The notes under the pieces were generated by a model, which saw only the letters and a list, made by a program, of their open reading frames with translations, ran no database searches and was not told the origin of the DNA. A program made the translations under genes and the position numbers. A stretch of DNA of 64,000 nucleotides from Acidimicrobiales bacterium (GTDB lineage: Bacteria > Actinomycetota > Acidimicrobiia > Acidimicrobiales > MedAcidi-G1), in the NCBI GenBank assembly GCA_016845305.1, contig JAERSW010000042.1, positions 17,923 through 81,922 of the forward strand, read 5' to 3'. This document shows, in pieces, positions 63,051 through 64,000 of the stretch; position 1 is the first letter of the stretch, and every line of letters starts with the position of its first letter.

Positions 63051-63766
63051 CAGGCCACCGCCCCGACCACGGTGGCCAGGCCGCCCAGGCCGCAGAGGCC
63101 CAGGAGCATCGGCCGGAACAACGCCTTGTCGACCCAGCGGCGGAACGGGGGCGCCAGCACCAGCCCCACGACCGCCGACCCCATGACCAGGGCGCTGAGC
63201 TCGAGGTCGCGCGACGACAACGACCCGGTCACCACCAGGCGGAGCACCACCACCGCCGTCATGACGAGCACGAACGAGGCGAGGTTCGGACGCAGGACGT
63301 GGGGCGGATCGTCGTGGTGGACGATGGCGTACGGCGGACCGGGCAGGGCGGCCACCCGGAGCCCGAAGGCCACCAGCGACCCGGACAGCACCGACGCCCA
63401 CCGGCTGGCCACCGGACGCCACCCCGACGCCATGGCCGCCACCGAGACGACCACCAGGGCGCCCACGACGATCCGCAGCCCGCGTTCGGACAGCGCGGCG
63501 AGGGCCAGCTCGCCGGCCACCAGTCCCACCGGGGCGCCGAGCAGGCAGCGTCGCCACCGCACGGCGTCGAAGCCGGCGAACTCCCGGGTGACGTTGCGGA
63601 GGCCGACCACGACGCCCCCGACCATGAGGGGCAGCGGGACGAAGTCGGGATCGACGGCGAGCAGGAACGGCGCCGCCACCAGGGTGATGCCGATGCCGGC
63701 CGTGGCCTGCACGAGGGCACCGGCGGCGACGGCGACCACCACCACGACGATCTCGACCGGGGACAC
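63050..63766 (-). CDS. TauE/SafE-family sulfite/anion exporter membrane protein
   Basis: 238 aa with about 8 TM helices: MSPVEIVVVVVAVAAGALVQATAGIGITLVAAPFLL... Confidence 0.75.
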   Translation of the reverse strand: MSPVEIVVVVVAVAAGALVQATAGIGITLVAAPFLLAVDPDFVPLPLMVGGVVVGLRNVTREFAGFDAVRWRRCLLGAPVGLVAGELALAALSERGLRIVVGALVVVSVAAMASGWRPVASRWASVLSGSLVAFGLRVAALPGPPYAIVHHDDPPHVLRPNLASFVLVMTAVVVLRLVVTGSLSSRDLELSALVMGSAVVGLVLAPPFRRWVDKALFRPMLLGLCGLGGLATVVGAVA

Positions 63767-63794
63767 GCTGGGACCATAGCCCCGGAGGACACGG

Positions 63795-63814
63795 TGTTGG
63801 CCAAACGGCTAACA
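63795..63814. promoter_or_regulatory. palindromic operator, copy e (TGTTGGCCAAACGGCTAACA)
   Basis: Lies between the TauE-NMO operon (start 63766) and the alcohol dehydrogenase (start 63866). Confidence 0.65.
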
Positions 63815-63865
63815 TCGCCCCGACCCGGCGGCGGTGCCGCCTCCGACCCCACCGATGGAGCCCCC

Positions 63866-64000
63866 ATGCGCGCAGCCGTCCTCCACGAAGCCCCCGGCGA
63901 CCTGGTCGTCGAGGACCTGGCCATCGCCCAGCCGATCGGCCGCGAGGTCCTCATCCGGACGAAGGCCTCCGGACTGTGCCACAGCGACCTGCACGTCATC
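63866..64000 (+). CDS. zinc-type alcohol dehydrogenase (MDR family), partial; continues beyond the window
   Basis: GGAG then ATG 63866: MRAAVLHEAPGDLVVEDLAIAQPIGREVLIRTKASGLCHSDLHVI (GxCHSD zinc ligand motif). Confidence 0.85.
   Translation, partial: MRAAVLHEAPGDLVVEDLAIAQPIGREVLIRTKASGLCHSDLHVI

Noticed and set aside
1-64000. Mobile elements, prophage, defence islands, toxin-antitoxin pairs.
   Set aside because: I recognised no transposase, integrase, recombinase, terminal inverted repeats, restriction or Cas-like proteins. GC content and codon style look uniform, and the tRNA genes are not flanked by direct-repeat att-like duplications.

Overview
High-GC (roughly 70%) chromosomal segment. 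WhiB, a CtaF-like oxidase subunit, DUF2017 next to clpS, and frequent GTGA/ATGA/TTGA-coupled operons point to Actinomycetota, possibly Acidimicrobiia-like (inference). I support about 63 CDS, 4 tRNAs (Lys, Glu, Asp, Phe) and several hairpins and operators. I saw no rRNA, CRISPR array, transposase or integrase. Most long ORFs in the track are antisense artefacts of high GC; I called the frame with recognisable family motifs, signal peptides or coupled start/stop overlaps. Blocks: (1) 1-6613, minus strand: peptide-type ABC genes, two CooC/ParA-like ATPases and cydAB. (2) 7.7-13.7 kb: secreted proteins and lipoproteins with Thr/Pro-rich linkers (BNR propeller protein, GH3). (3) 14-23.7 kb: housekeeping genes (dut, orn, pdxH, crcB pair, serS, TlpA/CcdA) plus a WhiB7-like gene behind a roughly 500-nt leader. 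(4) 23.7-34.6 kb: respiratory island (ctaG, subunit IV, ctaE, ctaD, ctaC, three unusual oxidase-like membrane genes, ctaB, ctaA). (5) 35.8-40 kb: envelope glycosylation cassette. (6) 43.8-64 kb: acyl-CoA, P450 and sulfatase catabolic island with six copies of a 20-bp palindromic operator. Most interesting: (a) a CooC-type ATPase whose C-x-C metal site is encoded TGA-CCC-TGA, followed by a SECIS-like hairpin (candidate U-x-U selenoprotein); (b) a degenerate heme-copper oxidase subunit I/III paralog pair plus a CtaF-like 8-TM protein heading the cta operon; (c) the palindromic-operator regulon; (d) the WhiB7-type attenuator leader.
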